From positions 28,450 to 92,449 of the forward strand of contig JAJTGP010000059.1 of NCBI GenBank assembly GCA_021299265.1: a stretch of DNA of 64,000 nt, given 5' to 3'. The stretch is from Hyphomonadaceae bacterium (GTDB lineage Bacteria > Pseudomonadota > Alphaproteobacteria > Caulobacterales > Aquidulcibacteraceae). The notes beneath the pieces were generated by a model. That model was not told the DNA's origin and searched no databases. It worked only from the letters and a program-made list of their open reading frames with translations. Numbering within the stretch: the stretch's first letter is position 1; each line of letters starts with the position of its first letter. The translations under genes were made by a program, and so were the position numbers. Below, piece by piece: positions 45,774 through 56,300 of the stretch.

Positions 45774-47285
45774 ATGGCACAATCGATGGATCGCGAGCCG
45801 GTAACAATTGTTTCTAAGCCAATTTATGGCCCACGTTTTGGTGTGGGTATGTTGGCGTTGGTTGCCTTATTCTCCTTTGTGGTGGGCGTTGCTTCTGGTG
45901 GCATCATGCTGCCGTTTCTGAGATCTGCTGCCCCAGTGGGCATCGGATCGGCGGTAACAGCACCCACCCAAGGGCAGACCAATCAAGCACTTTTGTCGGT
46001 CCTTCCCCAAACCATCTTGGCTGAGTTGGATTCGGTTCAAGGCCCCGTTGGAACCAATTTATCAATTGAACAATATCTCAATGATCTCGAAGTGCGCGCA
46101 TCCCAAGCGGGCTATATTTCGTCTCGATCGTTTCAAAGCCAGCAAACCGGTGCTGAAATTGGCTATGTTTTCAAGCCGGGGCCATCGGTTAAGGCCGGGA
46201 CCAAGGCTATGCCAGAGACTTTGGTGTTCAAATTCCAAACCGGCCCGCAAGCTGGCACGTTGGTTTTGACGGAGATGCGCCGCGACGGTGTGGTGCTGTC
46301 GGCTGGCATGCGCTTTGCCGATTTGGTGCGTGCCGGGGCGACACTGCCAAGCCTGTCAGAAACCCAGCTTTTAACCCCTCGGGGCTTAATTGAGATCAAG
46401 ACAAATGAGGGTGCTGCAGCCGCCTATTTGGATGGGGTCTTAATCTATCCTCGCGATGTGCAGGCAAAGGGCCAGGGTCAGGCGCTGCTGCCAGACAAGG
46501 CGACCGGTGATGCTAAGTCAGAAGTCGGGACTGTGGGCAGTCCACAAAAGCTTTCAATCCAAGCGGTTTGGCCTGCCGGTGGCTTATTGCCGGAAGTGGC
46601 TGCTCTCGTGGCTAGCGAGGCGACACCTACGCCCTGTAGCGCACGCGTGATCGTTTTGGATTTACGCCGGGCAACAAGGGTCGTTTTGGCAGAGCGGCTT
46701 CAGGCCGGTAAGCTTCGCCCAGAGGTTCGGGCGCGCGGACTGGCGCTTGCTGGCTTTTGCCCGCCTGCTTCGCGCAAATTGGTAGTGGCTTCTCCGGAAG
46801 CGACCCCCGCTCCATCCGTTGCCTTCTACGATGTGAGGACCGGTCAAGTGCGGTGGGAGACAGCCCCTGCCCCAAGCGTAACCCCAGAGGCGGAGATTGA
46901 CGCTTGGCGAGAGCCGAGTGTTGGGCGGCTTGCCTCGCCCTTGGGCCAAAAGGGCGCACTTGCCTCTGTCGCCTGTCGCGCAGGGGGCGGCTATACCATC
47001 GCAGTTTCAGGTCTACCCGGACCGATAAAGGGCACGACTGGATCGGTCCGGGTCAGTAGTGCTGGTAAAAGTGCAAGTCTGACGATGAGCTGGAAGACAA
47101 GTGCCAATGGCTATGAGGTAGATGGCGCAGCCGATGCGGTCTCATCCGATCCGTTCTTGGCACGCCTTGGTGCGGGCAAGCCGCTAGAGTTTTCGAGCAA
47201 TGGGGCTACGATCACCGTATCAGCACCCCAGCCAGCCCAGCTCAACGCGCTGATTGCGCGCTGCCAAAAGCCAAAGGCCGACTAG
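45774..47285 (+). CDS. Hypothetical membrane-anchored protein
   Basis: ATG at 45774. Single N-terminal TM (FGVGMLALVALFSFVVGVASGGIML), then roughly 440 aa of Ala/Gly/Pro-rich extracytoplasmic sequence with 4 Cys. No family recognised. Confidence 0.5.
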   Translation: MAQSMDREPVTIVSKPIYGPRFGVGMLALVALFSFVVGVASGGIMLPFLRSAAPVGIGSAVTAPTQGQTNQALLSVLPQTILAELDSVQGPVGTNLSIEQYLNDLEVRASQAGYISSRSFQSQQTGAEIGYVFKPGPSVKAGTKAMPETLVFKFQTGPQAGTLVLTEMRRDGVVLSAGMRFADLVRAGATLPSLSETQLLTPRGLIEIKTNEGAAAAYLDGVLIYPRDVQAKGQGQALLPDKATGDAKSEVGTVGSPQKLSIQAVWPAGGLLPEVAALVASEATPTPCSARVIVLDLRRATRVVLAERLQAGKLRPEVRARGLALAGFCPPASRKLVVASPEATPAPSVAFYDVRTGQVRWETAPAPSVTPEAEIDAWREPSVGRLASPLGQKGALASVACRAGGGYTIAVSGLPGPIKGTTGSVRVSSAGKSASLTMSWKTSANGYEVDGAADAVSSDPFLARLGAGKPLEFSSNGATITVSAPQPAQLNALIARCQKPKAD

Positions 47286-47294
47286 TCGTCGACT

Positions 47295-48080
47295 TTATTG
47301 CGCCGTCCAGCCGCCATCCATTGTCAGGATCGCGCCGTTAATCTGCGCAGCGGAATCGCTTGCCAGAAAAAGTGCGAATGAGGCTACTTGCTCGACCGTT
47401 ACAAATTGCTTGGTCGGCTGCGCGGCGAGCAAGACGTTCTGGATGACTTCCTCTTCCGTGATGCCGCGCGATTTTGCTTGATCCGGGATTTGCGCCTTCA
47501 CCAAGCCGGTCAGCACATAGCCAGGGCAGATTGCGTTGCAGGTAACGCCCTCTTTGGCGTGTTCCAGCGCAACCGTCTTAGTGAGGCCCACCACCCCATG
47601 CTTGGCGGCGACATAGGCAGACTTGAACGGGCTGGCGACCAAGCCATGCGCCGAGGCGATATTGATGATCCGGCCCCATTTTTGCGCCGCCATGCCTGGA
47701 ATTGCATGGCGAATGGTGTGGAAAGCGGAGGTGAGATTGATGCCGATGATTTGGTCCCATTTTTCGGCAGGGAAATCTTCAATTGGGGCAACAAATTGAA
47801 TGCCTGCATTATTGACCAGTACGTCCAACCGCCCGAAGTGGGCGCGGGTTTTGGCTACCATGTCTTCAATTTCTGCTGGAGCCAACATATTGGCAGGATG
47901 ATAGAGCACATCGACCTCATGATCTTGGGCCAGTTTGGCTCGGGTCGCCTCGATCTGATTCGCTTCGCCCAAACCATTGATCACGACGCCATAGCCGGCC
48001 GCCGCAAAGGCTTCGGCAATGGCCAGTCCAATTCCGCTGGTAGAGCCCGTAACAAGGGCGACTTTGGTGGCGGTGGTCAT
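47295..48080 (-). CDS. bdhA: 3-hydroxybutyrate dehydrogenase (SDR)
   Basis: ALVTGSTSGIGLAIA, NNAGIQ, YVAAKHG and C-terminal DGGWTAQ, typical of BdhA. Confidence 0.85.
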   Translation of the reverse strand: MTTATKVALVTGSTSGIGLAIAEAFAAAGYGVVINGLGEANQIEATRAKLAQDHEVDVLYHPANMLAPAEIEDMVAKTRAHFGRLDVLVNNAGIQFVAPIEDFPAEKWDQIIGINLTSAFHTIRHAIPGMAAQKWGRIINIASAHGLVASPFKSAYVAAKHGVVGLTKTVALEHAKEGVTCNAICPGYVLTGLVKAQIPDQAKSRGITEEEVIQNVLLAAQPTKQFVTVEQVASFALFLASDSAAQINGAILTMDGGWTAQ

Positions 48081-48210
48081 TTTGGCTCCAATTCAGACGA
48101 TTTAGGTGGCTTTGGCTCGCAGGCCCACTTCCATTTGATGCTGGACGCATTAAAGCCAAAACGTCAGCACTGGAAGTTACGTTCCACCGCCTAAAAGAGG
48201 AAAGTGAAGT

Positions 48211-48624
48211 ATGGACCCTTCGTTGCAAGCCTTTGTTACAGGCCTGCCCGCCTTTTTGTTTCAGGGCGGCGTGGCTATTCTAATCTGGGCCTTTGGTGTT
48301 TGGCTTTATATGGCCATTACGCCGCACCGTGAGATAGAGCTTGTCCGTGCCGGCAATAGTGCGGCTGGGCTGTCTTTAGGCGGTGCAGCGATTGGCATTG
48401 CCATCCCAATTGCAGCGACTTTGGCGACATCTCATGCGTTGTTGGATGTCATTATCTGGGGCCTCACCGCTTTGGTACTTCAACTTGTCATGTTTCGCTT
48501 GGTCGACTTGGTCATTCGTGACCTGTCGCGACGCATTGAGAATGGCGAGATTGCGTCTGCCGCTGTACTTGTTGGCGTGAAGCTTGGCGCAGCCTTGTTG
48601 ACGGCCTCGGCCTTGAATGGCTGA
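48211..48624 (+). CDS. DUF350-family integral membrane protein
   Basis: Four TM segments with a duplicated EIELVRAGNSAAGLSLGG / IENGEIASAAVLVGVKLG motif. Confidence 0.7.
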   Translation: MDPSLQAFVTGLPAFLFQGGVAILIWAFGVWLYMAITPHREIELVRAGNSAAGLSLGGAAIGIAIPIAATLATSHALLDVIIWGLTALVLQLVMFRLVDLVIRDLSRRIENGEIASAAVLVGVKLGAALLTASALNG

Positions 48625-48627
48625 TGC

Positions 48628-49509
48628 GTGATGCTGCGACGGTTCGGCGATGGTATTTTGATCCTTTTGGTCCTGATCGGGGCGGCGGCTTGGATGTTTG
48701 GTCGCGTCCAAGATCGTGCAGAGTTGCAGCTGCCATCGAGGCCCGCAGATACCTTTATTGTGCCAGAAGCCGAAACCACGAATGAAGAGGAGCAGAAGGG
48801 GCCGCTTTTACCCGCACCCAGCCCCTATGATGACCAGTCCATGGTAGAGGCGCAGCGTGCGGGGCCGTGGTCGAGCGGAACAGGCTTTGCGATTGGCGAT
48901 AATGGCACGTGGTTGACGGCCCGTCATGTGGCGCTGGGATGTGAACGCTTAGGTGTGGTCAATAGCCAAGATCAAGAGCTGGTGGCGGCCTCGCTTGCTT
49001 ACGTCTCTAAGCGCGCCGATGTTGCCATATTGCGAACCCAGGGCGGTCCTGAGCCTTTGGCATTAGACCTCGATGAAAACGACCTTCAAATCGGCGCAAT
49101 GGGTTTTCATATCGGTTTTCCGCAAGGCCAGCCAGGCGAGGTGGTTAGCCGCCTGATTGGCCGCGAATTGATGATCACAGAGGGTGCATGGCGCGGACGG
49201 GAAAACACGTTGGCTTGGGCCGAGGTTTCGAGATCCAAAGGGCTGCGCGGCACCTTGGGTGGGCTTTCGGGTGGCCCTGCCTTTGATTCCAAAGGCAATG
49301 TGATCGGCATCACAATTGCCGAGAGCCTGCGCCGTGGGCGCATCATCACCACAAGTTCAGATTCGATCGTTCAGGCGCTGAAGGATGCGCGCTTAAGCCC
49401 CAAGGGCGATGCGATTGCCCCGCTTCGCTCAGACGACATCGCACGCGTCGCCAATCGCGTACGGCGCGACCTTAAAGTCGTTCAAATTGTCTGCCTGCCG
49501 CCAGAATGA
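48628..49509 (+). CDS. Membrane-anchored trypsin-like (S1 family) serine protease
   Basis: N-terminal TM ILILLVLIGAAAWMFG. Triad contexts LTARHVA (His), ADVAIL (Asp) and GLSGGPAF (Ser). Confidence 0.75.
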   Translation: MMLRRFGDGILILLVLIGAAAWMFGRVQDRAELQLPSRPADTFIVPEAETTNEEEQKGPLLPAPSPYDDQSMVEAQRAGPWSSGTGFAIGDNGTWLTARHVALGCERLGVVNSQDQELVAASLAYVSKRADVAILRTQGGPEPLALDLDENDLQIGAMGFHIGFPQGQPGEVVSRLIGRELMITEGAWRGRENTLAWAEVSRSKGLRGTLGGLSGGPAFDSKGNVIGITIAESLRRGRIITTSSDSIVQALKDARLSPKGDAIAPLRSDDIARVANRVRRDLKVVQIVCLPPE

Positions 49510-49513
49510 GGCG

Positions 49514-49834
49514 TTAGAGGCTTTCGCCAATCCAAGCCGAGATGCGGCTTTTGGCCATCGCGCCAACTTTGGTGGACACGACTTGACCGTCCTTAAACAG
49601 CATCATGGTTGGGATGCCGCGCACGCCATAGCGAGAGCCTGTGCTTGGATTATCGTCAATATTCAACTTGGCGACCACAAGCTGGCCAGCCATTTCCTCT
49701 GAAATCTCTTCCAGAGCTGGTCCGATCTGCTTGCATGGACCACACCATTCCGCCCAAAAGTCCACAAGAACGGGACCCGAAGCTTTCAGAACGTCCGTTT
49801 CAAAGCTGTCGTCGGTGATGGCGAGGGTTGGCAT
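49514..49834 (-). CDS. trxA: Thioredoxin
   Basis: [14 protein letters not shown] active site. 106 aa. Confidence 0.95.
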   Translation of the reverse strand: MPTLAITDDSFETDVLKASGPVLVDFWAEWCGPCKQIGPALEEISEEMAGQLVVAKLNIDDNPSTGSRYGVRGIPTMMLFKDGQVVSTKVGAMAKSRISAWIGESL

Positions 49835-49861
49835 GGTGTGAACTCCAATTGGCTTGTTCCT

Positions 49862-52800
49862 TTAACTAGGCAGCCCAGCAATCACGCGCAAGGCGTCATC
49901 CAAAATTTGATCAGGTAATTCCATCAGACGCGGTCCATCGGTCCATAATAGCGCACACCGAACTTTCTTGGTCGGCCAATTTCCCTGAAGCAGCGCGCGA
50001 TAGGCGGCCATCTGGTTGAGATAGACTTGCGCCACGCCCTCTAGGGTCTGGGGTGGCGGCCGATTGGTCTTAAAGTCCAGCACCAAGACCTCGGTCGGGG
50101 TCACAACCAAGCGGTCAACACTGCCATTCACGACCATATCGTCCGGCAGACCGGGCCCGCGCCCCACAATCGTCGCCTCCGCGCGACTTCCTGGCCCAAA
50201 CAAAGGCGCGAACGTCGGGTCACGCAGCACGGCGAGCGTCTCGTCGATCATCTGATGACATGTCTCTTCGCTTAAATCTGCTTCGCGGGCTAGGCGACGC
50301 CCCGCGCGTTCTTCCCACGTGTCTTCTGGCACATCGGGCAGTCTCTGCAGCAATTCGTGGATCAAGCGCCCACGCAGAAAGCGGAGCCGCGCATCGGGTT
50401 GCAGCGGGGAGAGGGTAGCGGGTTCTGAACCATCGGGTGCTAAAGCTGACGGCGCAATCCGTCGGGCGCGTTGTTTTTCGGTTGGCGGTGGCTGATCGAT
50501 CCAAGCTGGAAGTGGGGAAGGCGCGGGCCGCAGCAGCGCGTCTGCTGGCAGGTTTCCGACATATTCTCCCCAAAGTTGGTAGGAAAAGGCATCGTCTGGC
50601 CCGGCTTGACCCTCAAGCTTTTGGCCCGGCCCCATCAGATTGAGCGCCTGTTCAAACAAGTCATACCACGTATCTTTGGCCTTCTCGTCGGCATCATCCT
50701 TGCCGGTATCGCCCTTGTCTTTCTTTTGCTGACCGAAGTGGAAGCCACACAGGATCAGGAGATCGCGTGCCCGGGTCATTGCGACATAAAGGAGCCGCGC
50801 ATCCTCCTGTTTTTCGGATGCTGTTTGATTGGCGCGGAGTTCAGCAAACCCCTCTGGGTCCTCTTTGGCGGTGGGCGACCACAAAAAGGCTTGGACATCT
50901 TGATCATAGTGAAAGCTTGTTTTGGTTGCGCCTCTTGGAGAAGTGGTTTCTGGCAAAATGACCACAGGGGCCTCTAGCCCCTTGGCGCCGTGGATAGTCA
51001 TAACGCGGACGCCGTCGCTGCCTTGCTCCATCTCGCGCTTTACGTCGGCTGCATCGGTTTCGATTGCGGCCAAGAACCCATGCAGATTGGGCGTTTCTGT
51101 TCGGCCATGACTAAGGGCGCGCCCCAAAAAAGCTTCTACGGGCTCGCGGGCTTCGTGACCCAAGCGCTCAATCAACAGGGTCCAGCCGGTTTTGCTCTCA
51201 AGGCACGGTCGCTCAAGGATTGAGGCGAAGAATTCGTAGGGTGGCATATGGCCTGCGCGGCCCAGCACAGATTTCAGGAATGCCGCGACCAGAGCATGGG
51301 CTGGATCGGCGGAATGCTGAAGCCGTTGCCACAAGGAGTGGCTGCCCCGATCCCAAGCCAGCGGGAACAGATGCGCGTCATCATCGACAAGACCACAAAA
51401 CGCACCCTTCAGCACACAAGCGGTGTTGAAATCATCCTGCGGCAACAAGGCAAAACGGCCCAAAGCAATCAAATCCTGAATGGCCGGGTCTTCCACCAGT
51501 TTGATGCGGTCTGCCCCTGCCACGGGGACTTTGTGATATTTCAAGCGTTTGATGAGCTGATGGAAGAAGGGTCCACGCTTCTTCACCAAGATCATGACAT
51601 CACCCGGGGTCATGGGCCTTAGGCCTTCTTTGGCTGGAATGGCAAAACCGCGGTCGAGGCGGGCTTTCAATTCCAGCGCGATCCGTTCGGCGAGACGATT
51701 CCGACTGCTGTCTTCGCGTTCGATATTGAGCGGGTGATCCCATGCGTCCGATTCAGCCGCTTTCTCGCCAGCGACCGTCTTCGGCCACAACTCTACTGCG
51801 CCTGAATGCTCGGTTCGAAAGGCGATGTGCTGAGTTGGAAAGGCATACTTGCGTTCAAAAGGTGGATCCGCTGCGTCCGTCGGCGCAAGTGGTGGAAGGC
51901 CGCCAAGGGTCGTACACGCCCAAACTGCATCCACGGCATTGAGAATGGTTTGGCTGGAGCGGAAAGAGAGATCAAATTCGAGGCTACGTCTTTGATCGGC
52001 CAATTCAGTCGCGCCCGCTTCAAAGCGGGCTTTTTCCTCTAAGAAGCGCTCGGGCTTTGCCCCTTGGAACGAATAGATGGATTGCTTTTCGTCGCCCACG
52101 ATGAAGCGGGTTCTGGGTTGCGTTCTCGCTTCCTGCTCCAGCACGTTGAAAAGCGGCTCTAATAAGTCCCATTGCTGTGGATTGGTGTCTTGGGCTTCGT
52201 CGATCAGAATATGGGCTAGGCCTGCGTCGAGCTTGAACAGCACCCACGCCGCTGCCCCCTCCCCCGCCCGTAACAGGGCTGCGGTGCGGACCAAAAGGTC
52301 ATCAAAGTCGAGGCCGCCGATAGCCTGTTTGGCTTTGGTCCACGCGGCCTTAAAGGCATAAACAGCCTGAGTGAGGGCAAGGGAACGATGATAGGTTTCA
52401 ACGGCACGCGCCTTTTCCTGGGCAGACATAAAATTTGAAACGAGTGCCCCGTCGCTTACAAAAAGGCTGGTAACTGCAAATTCGGTCTCGAATTTCTTGG
52501 TAAGAAATTTTTCCCTTTGTTCGCCATCTGATTTCAGGACGATGGTGCGCCATGCCTGCCATGCCACTTCATGGTCACTGTCCTGCGCCAGACGGATCAA
52601 CTTATTTGCCAGCTCTTTGTCTTTCGTGCCGCCAGTTTCCAGCCGCGCAGCTGCTGCAATCAAAGCGGCGCGGTCTAGATCATCCAAAGCTTCTTGTTGA
52701 TAGGATTGCTTCGTACGGCTTGGATCGATTTGGAGTTCCGCTGCCAGCTGATCTGCGATCCCGGTCAGGTCTGGATTTATAGGTAAGTTTTGCCCCGCAG

Positions 52801-53389
52801 CGGACATGGCATCTAGGATCAGTCTTTGGTGGTCATCTTGGCTTGTTAGGCGGGCCACTTCCAAGAAAGCTGCAGGCGCTTTGGCATAGGCCTCATGAAA
52901 CACTTGTGCTTGTAACGCTTTCGCTGCCGCATCCTCCAAAACCGTAAAGCCCGGCGGCACGCCGGCCTCCAAGGGAAAGCGCTGTAGGATCGTTTGGCAG
53001 AAGCCATGGATGGTCTGAATTTTCAGGCCGCCGGGTGTCTCCAGCGCTTTGGCAAACAAGGCGCGCGCGTTGGCTAGGAAGCTCGGCTCAATTTCACCCA
53101 GATCGGGGTCGAGTTCCTGCAGCGCGCTGGTGAGTTCTTTGTCGGGCGAAATGGTCCAAGACCCCAAGAGCCCATACAGTCTGGTCTGCATTTCGGCTGC
53201 AGCCGCCTTGGTATAGGTGACGGCCAAAATCTTCGCGGGGTCAGAGCCGCGGAGAAGCAGGCGTGCGATCCGGTCGATGAGGACTTTGGTTTTGCCCGCC
53301 CCTGCATTCGCGCTCGCCCAGACAGACAATTCAGGCGTTGCGGCAATCGCTTGGTTTCTGCCCGTGAGTTCAACGATGGCGCGGGTCAT
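49862..53389 (-). CDS. addA: Double-strand break repair helicase-nuclease AddA (alphaproteobacterial type)
   Basis: UvrD-type Walker A ANAGAGKTKVL and C-terminal RecB-type nuclease (DRLVV...VLDFKTN). ATGA overlap with addB. Confidence 0.9.
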   Translation of the reverse strand: MTRAIVELTGRNQAIAATPELSVWASANAGAGKTKVLIDRIARLLLRGSDPAKILAVTYTKAAAAEMQTRLYGLLGSWTISPDKELTSALQELDPDLGEIEPSFLANARALFAKALETPGGLKIQTIHGFCQTILQRFPLEAGVPPGFTVLEDAAAKALQAQVFHEAYAKAPAAFLEVARLTSQDDHQRLILDAMSAAGQNLPINPDLTGIADQLAAELQIDPSRTKQSYQQEALDDLDRAALIAAAARLETGGTKDKELANKLIRLAQDSDHEVAWQAWRTIVLKSDGEQREKFLTKKFETEFAVTSLFVSDGALVSNFMSAQEKARAVETYHRSLALTQAVYAFKAAWTKAKQAIGGLDFDDLLVRTAALLRAGEGAAAWVLFKLDAGLAHILIDEAQDTNPQQWDLLEPLFNVLEQEARTQPRTRFIVGDEKQSIYSFQGAKPERFLEEKARFEAGATELADQRRSLEFDLSFRSSQTILNAVDAVWACTTLGGLPPLAPTDAADPPFERKYAFPTQHIAFRTEHSGAVELWPKTVAGEKAAESDAWDHPLNIEREDSSRNRLAERIALELKARLDRGFAIPAKEGLRPMTPGDVMILVKKRGPFFHQLIKRLKYHKVPVAGADRIKLVEDPAIQDLIALGRFALLPQDDFNTACVLKGAFCGLVDDDAHLFPLAWDRGSHSLWQRLQHSADPAHALVAAFLKSVLGRAGHMPPYEFFASILERPCLESKTGWTLLIERLGHEAREPVEAFLGRALSHGRTETPNLHGFLAAIETDAADVKREMEQGSDGVRVMTIHGAKGLEAPVVILPETTSPRGATKTSFHYDQDVQAFLWSPTAKEDPEGFAELRANQTASEKQEDARLLYVAMTRARDLLILCGFHFGQQKKDKGDTGKDDADEKAKDTWYDLFEQALNLMGPGQKLEGQAGPDDAFSYQLWGEYVGNLPADALLRPAPSPLPAWIDQPPPTEKQRARRIAPSALAPDGSEPATLSPLQPDARLRFLRGRLIHELLQRLPDVPEDTWEERAGRRLAREADLSEETCHQMIDETLAVLRDPTFAPLFGPGSRAEATIVGRGPGLPDDMVVNGSVDRLVVTPTEVLVLDFKTNRPPPQTLEGVAQVYLNQMAAYRALLQGNWPTKKVRCALLWTDGPRLMELPDQILDDALRVIAGLPS

Positions 53390-56300
53390 TCGCTGTCCTC
53401 CGCATTGGCCCACTCGGCCCGTCGGGACAGTCGGTCGACGGGATCGTCATAGGTCACCTTTTTGAGCAAGCTGACCCGTGGCTTGGGCAAATAGGCGCGG
53501 TCAGGGTTATGATAGAGCGCGGAAAGCTTTCGCAGCGTGTTTTCTGCCCGTTCGACAAGCTCTGGTACACTGGTTTTACTGTGGACCGCAGGTTCAACCT
53601 TTGGGCTGCGACCACCCACATGGATATGGCGCAAGTCACTAGGCATGCTGGCGGCGAGACCGTCAAAGCCGCCATTGCCAGCAATCAGCGCGATGACGGG
53701 TAATTGAATGCCAAACATGGCGTACACTTCAGTGCTCGAGGGCGGCTTGCCACTTTTGAAGTCGAGGATTTCGGTGCCGTCTGGCCCGATATCTACCCGG
53801 TCTGCCCGTGCCATTATGGTGAGGTCGCCTTCCGGCGTATCGAGTGTCAAGCTTCCTTTTTTCTCGACAATGGGCCGCCAGCCAGCCAAGAGGCGCGGCA
53901 TTTCGACCTCGACCGCAAAAGCAATGGTGGGCTCTAAGCGTGCCAGTTCAACGGCAAGACTGGTTTCGTCGTATCCCGCTTCACGCAAAGCGGTATCGAA
54001 TGCCTGATGAAGGGCATTGGCGGCGTCGTGTGGTGGACGATCATACCAATCTGCAATGACTTCAAAGCCTTTGTGGATCGCGCTACCGCGCACACCCGCA
54101 CTGATCGGACCCCCTAAGGGATCAAGGGCGCGCAAATTGAGGACTTTTTCGACATAGGTACGATAGGGATCGCGGATCCAAGTTTCAATCTGTGTCGCAT
54201 GGAAGCTGCGCGGTCGGGCATGCACGGGTGGTTTTGGAGCGGGAATGGCCTTGGTGGGCTCAAAAACACGGTTTGGCGCGTGCGCCCGCAACAAGGACTG
54301 CCAATGCGACCCATCTGTTAGAACGGTGGCGGCAGTTTTTTCGCCCAATGCCCCAGCCGCAAGCGTTTTCAAGCGCCAAAGCCAACGCGATGGCACCGCA
54401 GGTGCATCTTTCCGACGCGCAGAGCGTGTGAGCAGCACATAGGGCGCGGCAGCAAATTGAGCGAAGTCATGCGCGGAAAGCCCGATCCGCGTGTCGGGTG
54501 AGGGCAGCCCCAAATGCTGGCGCATGGGGCGCGACAAGAAGGGGTCGGGTGCAGCAGGCTGGGGCCAGACACCCTCATCAAGCCCGGCCAAAACCACTTT
54601 GTTGAACTGCAAGAGCCGGGCTTCCAACGGGCCTAGAATGGAGATGCGCGGGTGGGTTCCACGGGGGCGGACGACTAGGTCTGCCATCAAATGATCCAGC
54701 GTCCGACCAATCGCTTGGGGCTGGATCGGTGGAAAAAGCAGGCCATGTTCCATGAGGGAGGCAAAGAAGCGCGCCGCTGACTCGCCCGCCTCTCCCCGCC
54801 ACACAATCTCGGCACCTTTTTGCGCTTCGGTTGCGGCCAGCGCCTCGGCCAAAGTGGCGGTGGTCTGGGCGCAGTCGGGCAGGGAGCCGCTGAGTGGCCC
54901 CGTTTCAGACAGGAGTTGGTCGAGCTTTTGAAGCAAAGCGATACCGTGATGCTTTTCAACCGGTTGGCCATTGACCTTCATCGTCCGCCAAAAGGCGGGC
55001 ATAAGGGCCTCAAGTTGCTCAATTAATTGGGGCAGGGTTCTGGCTTTGCGCGGCCCACGGAGAATGCCCAGTTCAATAGCGGCTGCACAAGCGGCGACGT
55101 GCTCGCGCGCAAGGCCAATTGACGTCAAAGGATGGCCAAGGAGGGCGCACAGCAAAACTGGGTCGCTGGGGTCCTGACTCCATTGCATGACATGTCGCAA
55201 AAAGCTGCCGATGCTGGTATCGCTGATCGGCCGACCGGATGACACGTCAACCTGAATATCCCAACGCTGCATCTTGGCAGCAACGCGGCGCGCGATCTCG
55301 GCGCTTGGGGTGACGAGGGCAACGGTTTGATCGGCAGTTTCCAGCGTTTCGCGTAATTCGTGTGCAATCAAGCTGGCCTCTTCCTCTTCGCTCGCCGCTT
55401 CGATCAGCGTGAGGCCTTCAAGGCCGGCGATAATATTAGCCGGCCCAAGGTCCTCGATCCGCGAGGGCCAATCCGCGGTTGAAGCTTGCGGCGTCAAGGC
55501 TTCATTGATGACGAGGCGGCGTTGGGCGAGCGCAACGGGCTCCACCACGCCCGGCAGAACGTGAACATCGTGGCGTTCGATCCCGATAGCCTCAATGGCT
55601 TCAGATAGCGCCCGCTGAGGATGTTGGTCGTCATGGCGCGCAGCCATCCAAGCCTCGCCGGAAATATGGGTGTCGAGACCGGGCAAAACGACCATACCTT
55701 GCGGCAGGCAGGCGATCAGATGCATCAGTTTGCGTGTTACGGGCATAGAGCCGGTTGAACCCGCCAGCACAATGGTTTGCTGCGGCGGTACTGCGCGCCA
55801 TTTGTCTACCATAGCCTCGATGTTGCGCCGCTGTTGCACACCGGGATCGACCTTGTTCACGCTGGCGAGGTAGGCCGGCCAAGCTTCAGTGACGATCGTC
55901 AGAAACGTGGTGGATTGTTCCCAATGCTTGGCCAACTCATGTTCGCGGACCATGGTCGTCAATTTGGACCAGTCAAAGCTTTCCGCACCACTGGCCATCA
56001 TGGCAGCTGAATCCAGAAGATCGGCCAAGGCATCGGCGGCGAGGAGGGCTGAGACGGGGTCGGATGACCAATCCGACTGGACACCACGGGCTTGGATCAG
56101 ACGGGCTAAGATGAGGCGACGCGCCAGCGGGTCGATGGCGGGTGCTTGGTCCAAATCGTCGCCAAACTCACCAAGACCTGCATCTTCAGGATTAAGGTCT
56201 CCCAAGGTGTGGATACGCGGCAGCAGCGTCGCCGTCTGAGGGCTGCAGTTTAAAAATGCCTGCGCAAGTCCGCGCGCAGCCCGTCTCGTGGGCAGGACAA

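Noticed and set aside
47388-48194. 268-aa ORF antisense to bdhA
   Set aside because: This is a typical shadow ORF opposite a GC-rich SDR gene. The product is low-complexity (G/D/R-rich) with no recognisable motifs, while the bdhA frame carries all the SDR motifs.
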